Shown in pieces: positions 38,301-49,410 of a stretch of 64,000 nt of DNA (positions are counted from its first letter, which is position 1; each line of letters begins with the position of its first letter). This DNA comes from Squalus acanthias (taxonomy: Eukaryota): positions 50,406,001 through 50,470,000 of the forward strand of contig CM059443.1 in the NCBI GenBank assembly GCA_030390025.1. Direction: 5' to 3'. The translations under genes and the position numbers were made by a program. Under the pieces are notes generated by a model. It had not been told where the DNA came from and ran no database searches. It saw only the letters and a program-made list of their open reading frames with translations.

Positions 38301-41300
38301 CCCTACAACACTGGTTACCTGGGCTGAGGAACATACTTTTCTGGTTAGAATCTGAAATAGTGCAATGGCGAAGGAAGTAAATCAAAGCAACTTATAACGG
38401 CTACAAACTGTACAACTGATCTGAAATCTCTCAGTTTGAAATATTGATATTAAAAGATTCACATCATATTCTAGATTGCATCACTTACTTTGAGTATTTG
38501 TACGGGTTAAGCTGCTGGTCACTGAGGAGATTCCAGATGTTGAGGTGGGGGTGTCTGAAGTCTCTGCACTCGCCTCTGTCACAGTAAGGGAGATGTTTGC
38601 TGCAATCTTCCAGCCAGGTTTCCCTGAATCCTGACTGTGGACAGCACAGAGATACCTCCCAGTGTCCACCACATCTGCTGAGTGAATAGTAAGGTTGTGA
38701 GACTGGCGTCTAGCAGTAGGATTGTCTGAGCTTTGGTTAGAGATTCTTCGTGACGACTTTCTGTCCACACAGCAGCGTGTGTTAGAATGTGCCTCATAAT
38801 CCTCAATGTGAACAGAGTGCAGACACTTGTTGATGTTTCCAGATCTGATCCAAAACAGAGTGAAGGCGAGGTTTTTTGTATTCTCAAACTGGCAGGGTAA
38901 AGTCACATTCACTCCCTTTGACACTGTCAGCGACCAGGAGTTTTCTTCAGTAGAAAATATTTCATCTGAATCTATAAACAACATTGAAAAGAACATTTGT
39001 TACTAATTATTTAGAAGTGCTGTTCCCACATGTTATCCAGCTGTTTGATGTAAGTGTGAGTCTGTCTGTAACTAGCTGTATTATCAGCAGTGGAGACAGC
39101 AGGCGTGGGCCAGGGTCAAATCCTTGTTTGGAATATTTGTCTGATTTTCCCACCGTTAGATTAAACATTCCCCAGCTAGAGGCAGATTGTGTAAGATCAG
39201 GAAACACTCGGGGACTGAGAGCAAGGAGCGAGAAGACAGGACAAATAATGAAAGATCGAACACACAAAGGCAAAAGACAGGGGCAGACACTAAAGGACAG
39301 AGACAAGGGGGGGGAAGACTTCAAACTCGCTTCTCTGTATCTCGATACCTGGGAATTTTATCCCCCCGCCCAGATATTTCCCCAATACCTCCCCTGATAT
39401 CTCCTCCGATACTTCCCCGATCCCTCCCCCGATATTGCCCCAGTACACGTACCACTCTGGATTATCACAAAGAACAAGTCGTGGTTTTCACATCCCTCTC
39501 CTGAAAGTGTGAGCCAGGACGGACACTTCGATGATACTCCTTCTGTGGAATCCTGAACCGAGCAGGTAAATACCGTCGAGTTAACCGTCTCCACATCGAA
39601 TGTCAGAGACTGAGGCTCGGTTTGTTCTTCATTTAATTTGCATTTTCCACACTCTGGCTTACTGTGCCTGTTTGTCCAATTAAGACTGATATTTTCACAA
39701 AATTGCATTTCCTTCTCTTTATTCTCACATGTATTGTCAATTTCTGCTCCGAGAACAGTGAAGCTGCACAAGGTGACTTCATCCCCAGCACCAGTGGTCA
39801 CGTTGCACTGCAGAGTGGTGACATCTCCTGGTCCTCGGGAGAAGAGATAAGTGGATCCTGCAGGGAAAGGGCAGAATCGGATAGAGATAAATAACATTCC
39901 ACACAGGAAAGATCATTAAACACTCAATGTGACACAAGCCTCTCCCAGTAAATGAGCCTAGTGAGACCCCCACCACCCCCTTTACACATTGTGATAGACT
40001 GCCCTCCCATTACACAGTCTGAATCCAGTCCACACCACCCCCTCTCCCTGCCTCCATCACACAGGCCTGGACAGAGATCCCACCCCCACCATAACACATT
40101 CTGATCGAGACCTCACCCCCATCCCCATCATAGCCTGAACAGAAACCCTTTCACTGAGCCTGACTACAGTCATACATAGTACATAGGTTGAGGTTATTGG
40201 AAGTCAATCATCTCAGCTCCAGGACATCGCTGCAGGAGTTCCTCAGGGCAGTGTCAAAGCCCAACCATCTTCAGCTGCTTCATCAATGACCTTCCCTCCA
40301 TCATGAGGTGACACGTGGGACTGTTCACTGATGATTGCACAGTGTTCAGCTCCATTTCCAATTCCTCAGATAATGAAGCAGTCCGTGCCTGCATGCAGCA
40401 AGACCTGGACAACATCCAGGCTTGGGCTGATAAGTGATAAGTAACAGTCACACCACATAATGACCATCTCCAACAAGAGAGAGCCTAACCACCTGCCCTT
40501 GACATTTGATGGCATTACCATCATCGACTCTCCCACCATTAACATCCCGGGGTCACCATTGACCAGAGACTTAGCTGCAACAACCACGTAAATACTGTGG
40601 ATACTAGGGCAGGTCAGAGGCTGGGTACTCTGCGGCAAGTGGCTCACCTGACTCCCCAAAGCCTTTCCACCACCTATAAGGCACATGTCAGGAGAGTGAT
40701 GAAATACTCTCCACTTACGTGGATGAGTGCAGCTCCAAAAACACTCAGGAAACTCAACACCATCCAGGACAAAGCAGTCCACTTGATCGGCTCCCTATCC
40801 GTCCCCTTAAACATTCACTCCCTCCACCACTGGCACACCATGGCTGCAGTGTGTACCATCTACATGATAGTACCTCGCCAAGGCTTTTACGGCAGTATCT
40901 CCCAAACCCCCGACCTTCACCACCTATAAGAACAAGGGCAGCAGGTGTTTGGGAACACCATCACCTCCAAGTTTCCTTAAAAGTCGCACAACATTCTGAC
41001 TTGGAAATATATTGCTGTTCCTTCATTGTCGCTGGGTCAAAATCCTAGAATTGCCTACCTAGCAGCATTGTGGAGCACCTTCACCATTTGGAGTGCAGAA
41101 GAAAGGCCAAACCCAACTGACCTTCTCAATGGCAACTAGGGATTGGGCAATAAATGCCGGAATTGCCAGTGACACCCACATCCCGAAGAAAGATCAAATA
41201 AATATGAAGTAATCATCCACTTAATGAGGGAACTTAATTTAAGACGTGGCATTGAATACTGGTTCCTAACTTTCAGGGAGATTATAATAACTGATAATAG

Positions 41301-43520
41301 GTGTGAGGACATTAGTTAGTCCTGTAAAAGGAAAACATCTGGGTAAATATTATCTTTTTAGTTGGGGTTTCTGTAGAAGGAGGGAATTAGCTGAAGTTGA
41401 ATGGTGCAGACCAGAGAGATATTTAGAATTAAAAGTATCACTTGATGGAGAGCAATTATATGTAACAAGAGCCGAATTATTTATAAGGTAATGAAGTAGA
41501 GTTATACCAATCTCGTTAGCCAAATGGAAAAAGAGCTCGTTAGTTAGGAAATCAGCTGTTAGCTAAAGTTATCGATAAGGACTCAGTTCAATTAGACTCT
41601 CCTTATATGGAGTTGTTTTTCAATGCAGAAATGTGCAAATTGTCACATAGTCGGAGTGAGGGGTAAGTACAAAAAGTGGCAGAGTGTAATCAGTATTTGG
41701 ATTCGAAGGGGTTTGATTGGCCTAAAACACTGAACATTAACGCGTTTGAGTCGCCAGCCATCAGCTCTTGTAAGTTCTTGTGCCTCTTTGCCAGAATCAA
41801 CTCACGGCCTCGCTCTCCCCACAGTCCTCCTGTATCTTTCACAGCTTCAAATGTTTATCCAATTCTCACTTAAAAGATAGAATCATAGAATCATAGAAAG
41901 TTACAGCACGGTAGGAGGCCATTTCGGCCCATCGTATCTGCGCCGGCCAACAAAGAGCTATCCAGTCTAATCCCACTTCCCAGCTCTTGGTCCGTAGCCC
42001 TGCAGGTTACAGCATCCCAAGTGCACATCCAAGTACTTTTTAAATGTGAAGTCGCACAACACCAGGTTAAAGTCCAACAGTTTTATTTAAAATTACGAGC
42101 TTTCGGAGCTCCGCTCCTTCTTCAGGTAAAGGTACAGTGAGGGAATCTATTACACAGTATACATACACAGAGAACAATTTGTCTGCAGAGATACAATCTG
42201 TTAGGGAGGCATTACATCAAAGACACATCAGAGTACAGCTAAGACAATGAGGTGGACATTCAGCCTCGGATCTGCGGGTTAGTGTTCTCCAAGGCGGCCT
42301 TCGAGACACACGACAACGCAAAATCATCGAGCAGAAACTGATAGCCAAGTTCCGCACCCATGAGGACGGCCTCAATAGGGATCTCGGGTTCATGTCACGC
42401 TACAGAAAGTGACTCGACATCGTTGTCTGTCTTTCCAGTTTTTAAAAAAAAAACACAAAAAAAAAGTTAAAAGCTTAACTGCAGACGGCAGCATTTGACA
42501 CGTTGGACCCCCTGTGACCCACCTCATTGTCTTAGCTGTACTCTGATGTGTCTTTGATGTAATGCCTCCCTAACAGATTGTATCTCTGCAGACAAATTGT
42601 TCTCTGTGTATATATACTGTGTAATAGATTCCCTCACTGTACCTTTACCTGAAGAAGGAGCGGAGCTCCAAAAGCTCGTAATTTTAAATAAAACTGTTGG
42701 ACTATAACCTGGTGTTGTGCGACTTCTCATTTTTGTCCACCCCAGTCCAACACTGGCATCTCCGCATCATGACCACTTTTTAAATGTGGTTAGGGTTTCT
42801 GCCTCTACCACCCTTTCAGGCAGTGAGTTCCAGACCCCCACAACCCTCTGGGTGAAGAAAGTTCCCCTCAAATTCTCTCTAAACCTTCCACCAATTACTC
42901 TAAATCTGTGCCCCCTGGTTTTTGACCCCTCTGCTAAGGGAAATAGGTCCTTTCTGTCCACTTTATCTAGGCCCCTCATCATTTTATACACCTCAATAAG
43001 GTCTCCCCTCAGCCTCCTCTGTTCCAAGGAAAACAAACCCAGCCGATCCAGTCTTTCCTCATAGCTAAGATTCTCTACTCCCGGCAACATCCTTGCAAAT
43101 CTCCTCTGTACCCTTTCTAGTGCAATTACATCTTTCCTGTAATGTGGTGACCAGAACTGCACGCAGTACTCTAGCTGAGGCCTAACTAGTGTTTTATACA
43201 GTTGATAAGATCCAAAGCTCTCTGCCTCAACCATTCGCTGTGGTAAAGCATTCCCTGCTCCAACAACCCTCTGTGTAAAGACATTTCTCCTAACCTCTCT
43301 CCTCACTGTCTTAGTGCCATTTTTAAACTGATGACCCATGATTAAACCGTGTTAAAATGCCACAGCAAGTACTGTGATGCGAGAACATTAAACATATTCA
43401 CAAGAACACCACTGTTTTATATCCTTATCCTATGCTGAAGATTAACTGAAAGTATTAATCCTTACCTGTAACATGTTGGAACAGAAGGAAAAGACCCACA
43501 AACACAGCACCGAGTGCCAT
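28949..43520 (-). CDS. Gene B: paralogous Ig-superfamily receptor, ~546 aa (568 aa if the optional 66-nt exon is used)
   Basis: Exons 43520-43466, 39857-39453, 38965-38489, 38351-38319, [36953-36888 optional], 33997-33965, 33890-33783, 33672-33651, 33553-33519, 33424-33238, 29394-29360, 29199-28949. 1641 nt without the optional exon, open frame, all GT-AG, no assembly gap inside the gene. Confidence 0.87.
29540..30440. repeat. (CT/GT)n compound microsatellite with ~106-bp higher-order repeats
   Basis: Direct. A block beginning ctctccctgtctctctatctttctctttc recurs about four times between 30008 and 30430. Confidence 0.93.
30921..32888 (+). mobile_element. Young 5'-truncated CR1 family 1 in a gene B intron
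   Basis: RT ORF 31047-32387 plus 32415-32786 separated by one stop; (TTCTATGA)n tail; empty sites at ~10519 and ~51934. Confidence 0.93.
33238..33672 (-). CDS. Gene B cytoplasmic exons (22, 35, 187 nt)
   Basis: Near-identical to gene A 10871-11305, with the same splice sites. Confidence 0.8.
33783..33890 (-). CDS. Gene B transmembrane exon GPDTATSVKVTIACAVVIICIVGVLCIIRRKRQAAK
   Basis: 108 nt, 18 nt shorter than in A and C; 19-residue hydrophobic stretch followed by RRKR. Confidence 0.9.
34090..36800 (-). mobile_element. CR1-clade family 2 LINE in the stalk intron of gene B
   Basis: Paralogue of 11740-14460. Confidence 0.9.
36981..38307 (+). mobile_element. Solo LTR (1327 bp)
   Basis: TGTAGG...CCTACA termini, 4-bp TSD ACAC (36977-36980 / 38308-38311), TATA-like AGTATAATTG at 37701, AATAAA at 38152. 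Empty site in gene A at ~14633. Confidence 0.9.
38489..38965 (-). CDS. Gene B V-type Ig domain D2 plus S/T stalk
   Basis: VTLPC/LFWI/DTGRYLC motifs; 477 nt, 15 nt longer than in A near the N-terminus; donor gtaagt. Confidence 0.92.
39453..39857 (-). CDS. Gene B atypical Cys-rich Ig-like domain D1 (9 Cys)
   Basis: Same splice sites as gene A; 405 nt, phase 1-1; inside ORF 39358..39897. Confidence 0.8.
40185..41200 (+). mobile_element. CR1-clade family 2 3' fragment
   Basis: Homologous to 60348-61310. Confidence 0.85.
42049..42774 (+). mobile_element. Penelope-like element with inverted pLTR arrangement
   Basis: 207-bp inverted repeat (42049-42255 / 42519-42725) around a GIY-YIG C-terminal peptide GHSASDLRVSVLQGGLRDTRQRKIIEQKLIAKFRTHEDGLNRDLGFMSRYRK*. 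14-bp flanking duplication ACTTTTTAAATGTG (42035-42048 / 42775-42788). Confidence 0.85.
42092..42135 (-). ncRNA. Minimal hammerhead ribozyme-like motif (Penelope pLTR)
   Basis: Minus strand: CTGAAGA-a-GGAGC-gga-GCTCC-GAAA-GCT, i.e. CUGANGA and GAAA boxes flanking stem II. Confidence 0.65.
43466..43520 (-). CDS. Gene B signal-peptide exon MALGAVFVGLFLLFQHVT(G)
   Basis: Paralogue of 23423-23477; 55 nt, donor gtaagg. Confidence 0.85.
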
Positions 43521-44019
43521 TTCACATTCCTAGCTCGTTTTTTGCTCTTCAGAAGCTGGGTGGCTGTTTCACCATCACATTCTGATCTGTGAGATAAAGA
43601 GAGAAGTGAAACTTTTGATGATGGTGGAAGAGAAAAGCAGCTTCCTGTTTGATCAACTCAGATGATGTGTGTGCACTGACATTGTATTAATAGGCCTGGG
43701 GACAGAGGTTGGGCTGTTCGTTCAACCCTCCGACCACAGAAGTGTCTGGAGAGGCGAGAGGCTCTGAAATACAAAGTGTACACTATGAGTGTGCCACTGT
43801 GCACCACAGTGATAGTGGGCAACACACTCGGCAGACATGTTAACAGCCCCCTAGTACGATGTAGATAATAACCGTCTGGAGCACAAGAGCTTTTAGTCAA
43901 CAGTAACATTGGGTCACTCCCACTCTCGGAGAGGATTAACATGGGGGACAGTTTGGATGTTGGGTTACAAGATCACAACATCAATACAGATGAGAGCGTT
44001 AGCTCCTCCCCTATCATGC

Positions 44020-47000
44020 TATAGAATGGTTACAGCACAGAAGGAGGCCATTCGGCCTGTCGAGCCCGTGCCGGGTCTCTGCAAGAGCACTTCAGCTAGA
44101 CCCACTCCCCCGCCCTTGCCCCGTGGCCCTGCAATTGTTTTCCTTCAGGTACTTATCCAATTCCCTTTTGAAAGCCACGATTGAGTCTGCCTCCACCATC
44201 CTTTCAGGCAGTACATTCCAGATCCTAACCACTCGCTGCATAAAAAAGTTTTTCCTCATGTCGCGTTTGGTTCTTCTGCCAATCACCTTAAATCTGTGTC
44301 CTCTGGTTCTCGACCCTTCCACCTATGGGAACAGTTTCTCTCTATTTACTCCGACCAGACCCTTCATGATTTTGAACACCTCTATCAAATCTCCTCTCAA
44401 CCTTCTCTGTTCTAAGGAGAACAATCCCAGCTTCTCCAGTCTATCCACGTAACTGAAGCCCCTCATCCTGGAACCATTCTCATAAATCTTTTCTGCACCC
44501 TCTCTAAGGCCTTCCTAAAGTGCGGTGCCCAGAATTGGACACAATACTCCAGTTGAGGCCGAACCAATGTTTTATAAAGGTTCACCATAACTTCCTTGCT
44601 TTTGTACTCTATGCCTCTATTTATAAAGCTTGTATGCTTTTTTAACCACTTTCTCAACCTGCCCTGCCATCTTCAACGATTTGTGCACATATATCCCCAG
44701 GTCTCTCTGTTCATGCACGCCCTTTAGGATTGTACCCTATACTTTATGTTGCCTCTCCTCATTCTTCCTACCAAAATATATCACTTCGCACTTTTCTGCG
44801 TTAAATTTCATCTGCCACGTGTCCGCCCATTTCACCAGCCTATCTATGCATTTTTGAAGTCTTATCCCTATCCTCCTCACTGTTCACTATACTTCCAAGT
44901 TTTGTGCAAATTTGAAATTGTCCCCTGTACACCCATGTCCAAGTCATTAATATATATCAAGAAAAGCAGAGGTGCTGGTACTGACCCCTGGGGAACACCA
45001 CTGTATATCTTCCTCTCATCCGAAAAACAACCGTTCACCACTACTCTCTGTTTCCTGTCACTTAGCCAATTCCGTATCCATGCTGCCACTGTCCCTTTTA
45101 TTCCATGAGCTTCAACTTTGCTGGCAAGCCTATTATGTGGCACTTTATCAAACTCCTTTTGGACGTCTATGTTCACCACGTCAACCGCATTGCCCTCATC
45201 AACCCTTTCTGTTACCTCATCAAAAAACTCGATTAAGTTAGTTAAACATGATTTGCCTTTAACAAATCCATGCTGCCTTTCCTTAATTACTCCACACTTG
45301 TCCAAGTGACTGTTCATTTTGTCCCTGATTATCGTTTCTAAAAGCTTCCCCACTACTGAGGTTAAACTGACTGGCCTGTAGTTGCTGGGTTTATCCTTAC
45401 ACCTTTTTTAGAACAAGGGTGTAACATTTGTAATTCTCCAGTCCTCTGGCACCACTCCTGTATCTAAGGAGGATTGGAAGATTATGGCCAGTACCTCCGC
45501 AATTTCCACCTTAACTTCCCTCAGCATCCTAGGTTGCATCCCATCCGGTCCTGGTGACTTATCTACTTTAAATACAGCCAACCTTTCTAATACCTCCTCT
45601 TTATCAATTTTTATCCCATCTAGTATCTCCACTACCTCCTCTTTCACTATGACTTTGTGTAGGCTTCGCAAAATCCCCCAGAAACTCGAACAGAACCCTA
45701 AAAGGGGTGATTTTTGGATTTTTCATACGAATTTGGGATGATGGGACCTAAGTGAAGTGATTTGAGGTAAAAACCTCAGTTTTGGACATTCTTAAGGATC
45801 AGGGAAGAAAACCCCTGAGGAAAATTACTTTGGATATTTACTATTGGGAAAAACACCTTTCACAGAAACTCCACAGGCTGCAGGAAAGGGTGTGGTGAGG
45901 CAGTGGACAGCTTTTGGCTATTGGGGCCCAGTCAAGCTGTCTGGGAAATGTTTGCACTGCAATCCAACCAGGGAGGAAGAGCCTCACCCAAAACCTCACA
46001 TACACATCCAAATATGAATAATCCAAGACCCCTTTTGAAATCCCCAGGCCCAAACAGGATGCTAGAAGCCTGAAAACAATAAAACATCCAGTACACCCAT
46101 TACCCCATCAAAAACCAATCAGCCAAGAAGATCGACAGGATGCAAACCATCCCAAAAAAAAACATTTGACACTTACAGAACCCATTAAAGACATTCATAA
46201 AGGTTAAACAACAGATCGACAGTAAAGTCGTTACTGTTAACGAGGTCTTACAATGACCAGGATTTGATTTGGTTTTGACAAGGCCACTTCAATTTAGTAT
46301 AATTGAAGGCTCTTCAAGCAATTACAACAGTTACAAGTTCGAGTTCTCCAGTAAAACAGTTCAAGTTCAACAGAAGGCAGTTCTGCAGTTCAATCGAAAA
46401 GCCTGTTTTCAGCAAGAAGTCAGTGCTGGAGTTACAGAGTTCAGGACAAGCAGGCAGAAGGCAGTTTCCACAGTTCTGCAAGAAGGCAGTTCCACAGCTC
46501 GGAAGAAAACAGTTTAAACAGAGGCAGAGTTACAGCAAGAAGTTCAACAAAGAAGGCCAACAACTTCACAAGCAGACCGACACGCAAGAAGAAACCAGAG
46601 CGACTGCCTCAGTGACCATCGGACACCTCGCAGCAACAAGGGCCTTACGAAACCTTTTACTCAAAAGACTCTAAACCCTAACCCTAACTCTCAACTGTCA
46701 AGGATTCGTTTGGTGAGCATTATCCCTGGTTCTCCAGAGTCCAACCTAGCTAGTGAAGTGGGATTGGGAGGGGTGAAGTATTCTCCTAATGTTATTTCCT
46801 TCGCTTGTATCAATGTGTTCCCCAACCTGTGTTTAAGCATTAAGAGTGCTTTAAGTTTGTTACCTTTTTCTTTTAAAATAGTCAAAATTCTTTCATCAGA
46901 ACCTGTTGTCTACTGCATCTTTATTCATAACCCCTAAATAAGTTCAAGGTCTAGAACCAGGGGCGTGAGAGCGATTCGAACCGCTCACTGAGTCAGAGGT

Positions 47001-47095
47001 GAAACTGACCCCGCACAACACACCCTACATTTGGCAGCATCTTCTTCCTTGGTGAAGACAGATGCAAAGTACTCGATCAGTACCTCAGCCCTTTT
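44020..47095 (-). mobile_element. CR1 LINE (RT fragments) interrupted by a solo LTR
   Basis: ORFs 44092-45671; the element resumes at 47030. Confidence 0.88.
45658..47029 (+). mobile_element. Solo LTR (1372 bp), same family as 36981-38307
   Basis: TGTAGG...CCTACA termini, TSD TTTG (45654-45657 / 47030-47033). Empty paralogous site gactttggca at 311-320. Confidence 0.9.
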
Positions 47096-49410
47096 ATGAG
47101 CCAGGTCTCCAGTATCGCCATGACATCATATTCCCATGTGGCTATTTGCTCCTGCAGCTCCCCAACCTTATTCACCAGGCTTCGTGCATTTACACACATG
47201 CACTGTAAACCTCTCTTAGACCTTCTTATATTCTCTCTTAGTCTGACACCACCTAATACCTTACTATTTCTTATCTAGTGCTACCTGTCTCTCCCAACCC
47301 TTTGTGCACTTTGTTCTCCCTTCGAATGGAACATCCTGGTTCCCATCACCCTGCAAAATTAGTTCAAACCCTCCCCAACAGCACTAGCAACCTCTCCGCC
47401 CCACCCCGCGAGGATATTGGTCTCGGCTCTTTTGAGGTGCAACCCGTCTGGCCTGTACAGGTCCCACCTCCCCCAGAACCGGTCCCAATGTCCCATGAAT
47501 CTAAAGCCCTCCCTCCCACACCATTTCTCCAGCCACGCATTCATCTGCTCTATTCTCCTATTTCTATACTCAGTAGCTCGTGGCACCGGGAGTAAGCCGG
47601 AGATTACTACCTTTGAGGTCCTGCTTTGTAATCTCTTTCCTAGCTCCCTAAAATCTGCCTGCAAGGCCTCATCCCTCTTTCTACCTATGTCGTTGATACC
47701 GATATGCACCACGACCTCTGGCTGCTCCCCCTCCCCCCTCAGAATGTTCTGCAGCCACTCAGTGACACCCTTGACCCTGGCACCAGGGAGGCAACATACC
47801 ATCCTGGAACCACATCTGCAGGCGCAGAAACGCCAAGCCGTTCCGCCAACTATCGAATCCCCTACCACTATTGCCTCTGTACAGCTGAGCCACCCGTGGT
47901 GCCGTGGACTTGGCTCTGGCTGTACTCCCCAGAGGAACTACTGCCCTCACCAGTATACCAGTTAGAGAGTGAGATGCACTCAGGGGACTCCTGCACTACC
48001 TGCCTGGTCCTCCTTGTCTGTCTGACGGTCACCCATTCCCTCTCTGCCAGCACACTCCTATGCTGCGGCGTGACCACCTTCTGAAACGTGCTATCTTTCC
48101 AGGTCTGCGCTGTCCTCAGGCTCCGCTCTGTTTAAGTACTGTCGCCGGTCCTGCCGCTTATTTCCAGGATCTAACTGGGTCTTGAATAAATCGAAGGTCT
48201 CCCTCCCCACTTCCTTACCAGCAACAACAGCCCAAGTGGTGGTCAGTCTTTGTGTGAAGACATTCTTCACAACGTCTGTGTTCAAATTGATTTTCACCAG
48301 TTTTAGCTCAAACACCTTGTTCTGGTATCTTGACTTACCGTCAAGTAGAGTCTGGATTGCTGGATCCACAGGGTTCCATATTTTTTTTAACTAATTTTTC
48401 AGTATGTGGGCATCAAGGACAATTGCAGAATTTATTGCCCATCCCTAGTTGCCCTTGAGATGGTGATAGGCCTTCTCCTTGAACTGCTGCTGTCAGTGTT
48501 GTGAGGTTGCTCCCACAGTGTTGTTAGTTCAGGAGTTCCAAGATTTTGACCCAGCGACAATGAAGGAACTGCCGATTTATGTCCAAGTCAGGATGGTGTG
48601 TGACTTGGAGGGGAACTTGGAGGTGTTGGTGTGTCATGCACCTGCTGCCCTTGTCCTTCTTAAGTGGGGGAGGTTGCGGGTTTGGGAGGTGCTGTTGAAG
48701 AAGCCTTGGTGAGTTGCTGCAGTGCAACTTGTAGATGGTGCACACTATAGCCACGTTGTGCCGATGGTGGGGGGACTGAATGTTTAAGGTGGTGGATGGG
48801 ATGCCAATTAAGCAGGTTGCTTTGTCTTGGATGGTGTCGAGCTTCTTGAGTGTTGTTGCAGCTGCACTCATCCAGGCAAGTGGAGAGTATTCCATCACAC
48901 TCCTGACTTGTGCCTTGTAGGTGGTGGAGAGACTTTGGGGAGTCAGGAGGTGAAACACTCGCCGCAGAATATGACCTGCTCTAGTAGCCAGGGATTATAT
49001 GTGGCTGTTTCAGCTATGCTTATGGTCAATTGTGACCCCCCAGGATGTTGATGGTGGGGGATTGAGGGATGTTAATGCCATTGAATGTCAAGGGGAGGTT
49101 GTTACGTTCTCTCTTGTTGGAGATGCTCATTGTCTGGCACATAGGTGGTGCAAATGTTACTTGCCAGTTATCAGCCCAGGCCTGGATGTTGTCCAGATCT
49201 TGCTGCATGCGGACATTAACTGGTTCATTATCTGAGGAATTATGAAAGGAGTTGAACACTGAAAACTTCAGCAAACATCCCCACTTCTGACATGATGATG
49301 GAGGGAAGGTCAATGATGAAGCAGCTGAAGATCGTTGGGCCTAGGAGTACCTGAAGCGATGACCCCTGGGACTGAGGTCATTGGCCTCAAAAAACCACAA
49401 CCATCTTCCT
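47096..49410 (-). mobile_element. CR1 esterase-ORF1 fragment and family 2 fragment (duplicate of 378-2659 + 6161-6190)
   Basis: ORF 47359-47868 is an SGNH esterase; near-identical to the window start. Confidence 0.85.

Larger units (their letters stand above)
41875..43210 (-). mobile_element. CR1 3' fragment interrupted by a Penelope element
   Basis: ORF 42767-43339 encodes a CR1 C-terminus; the 3' UTR and (ATAGAATC)n tail lie at 41875-42048. Confidence 0.85.

Noticed and set aside
36981-47029. One full-length provirus bounded by the two LTRs
   Set aside because: Each LTR has its own different TSD and its own empty site, and the interval contains host exons rather than gag/pol.
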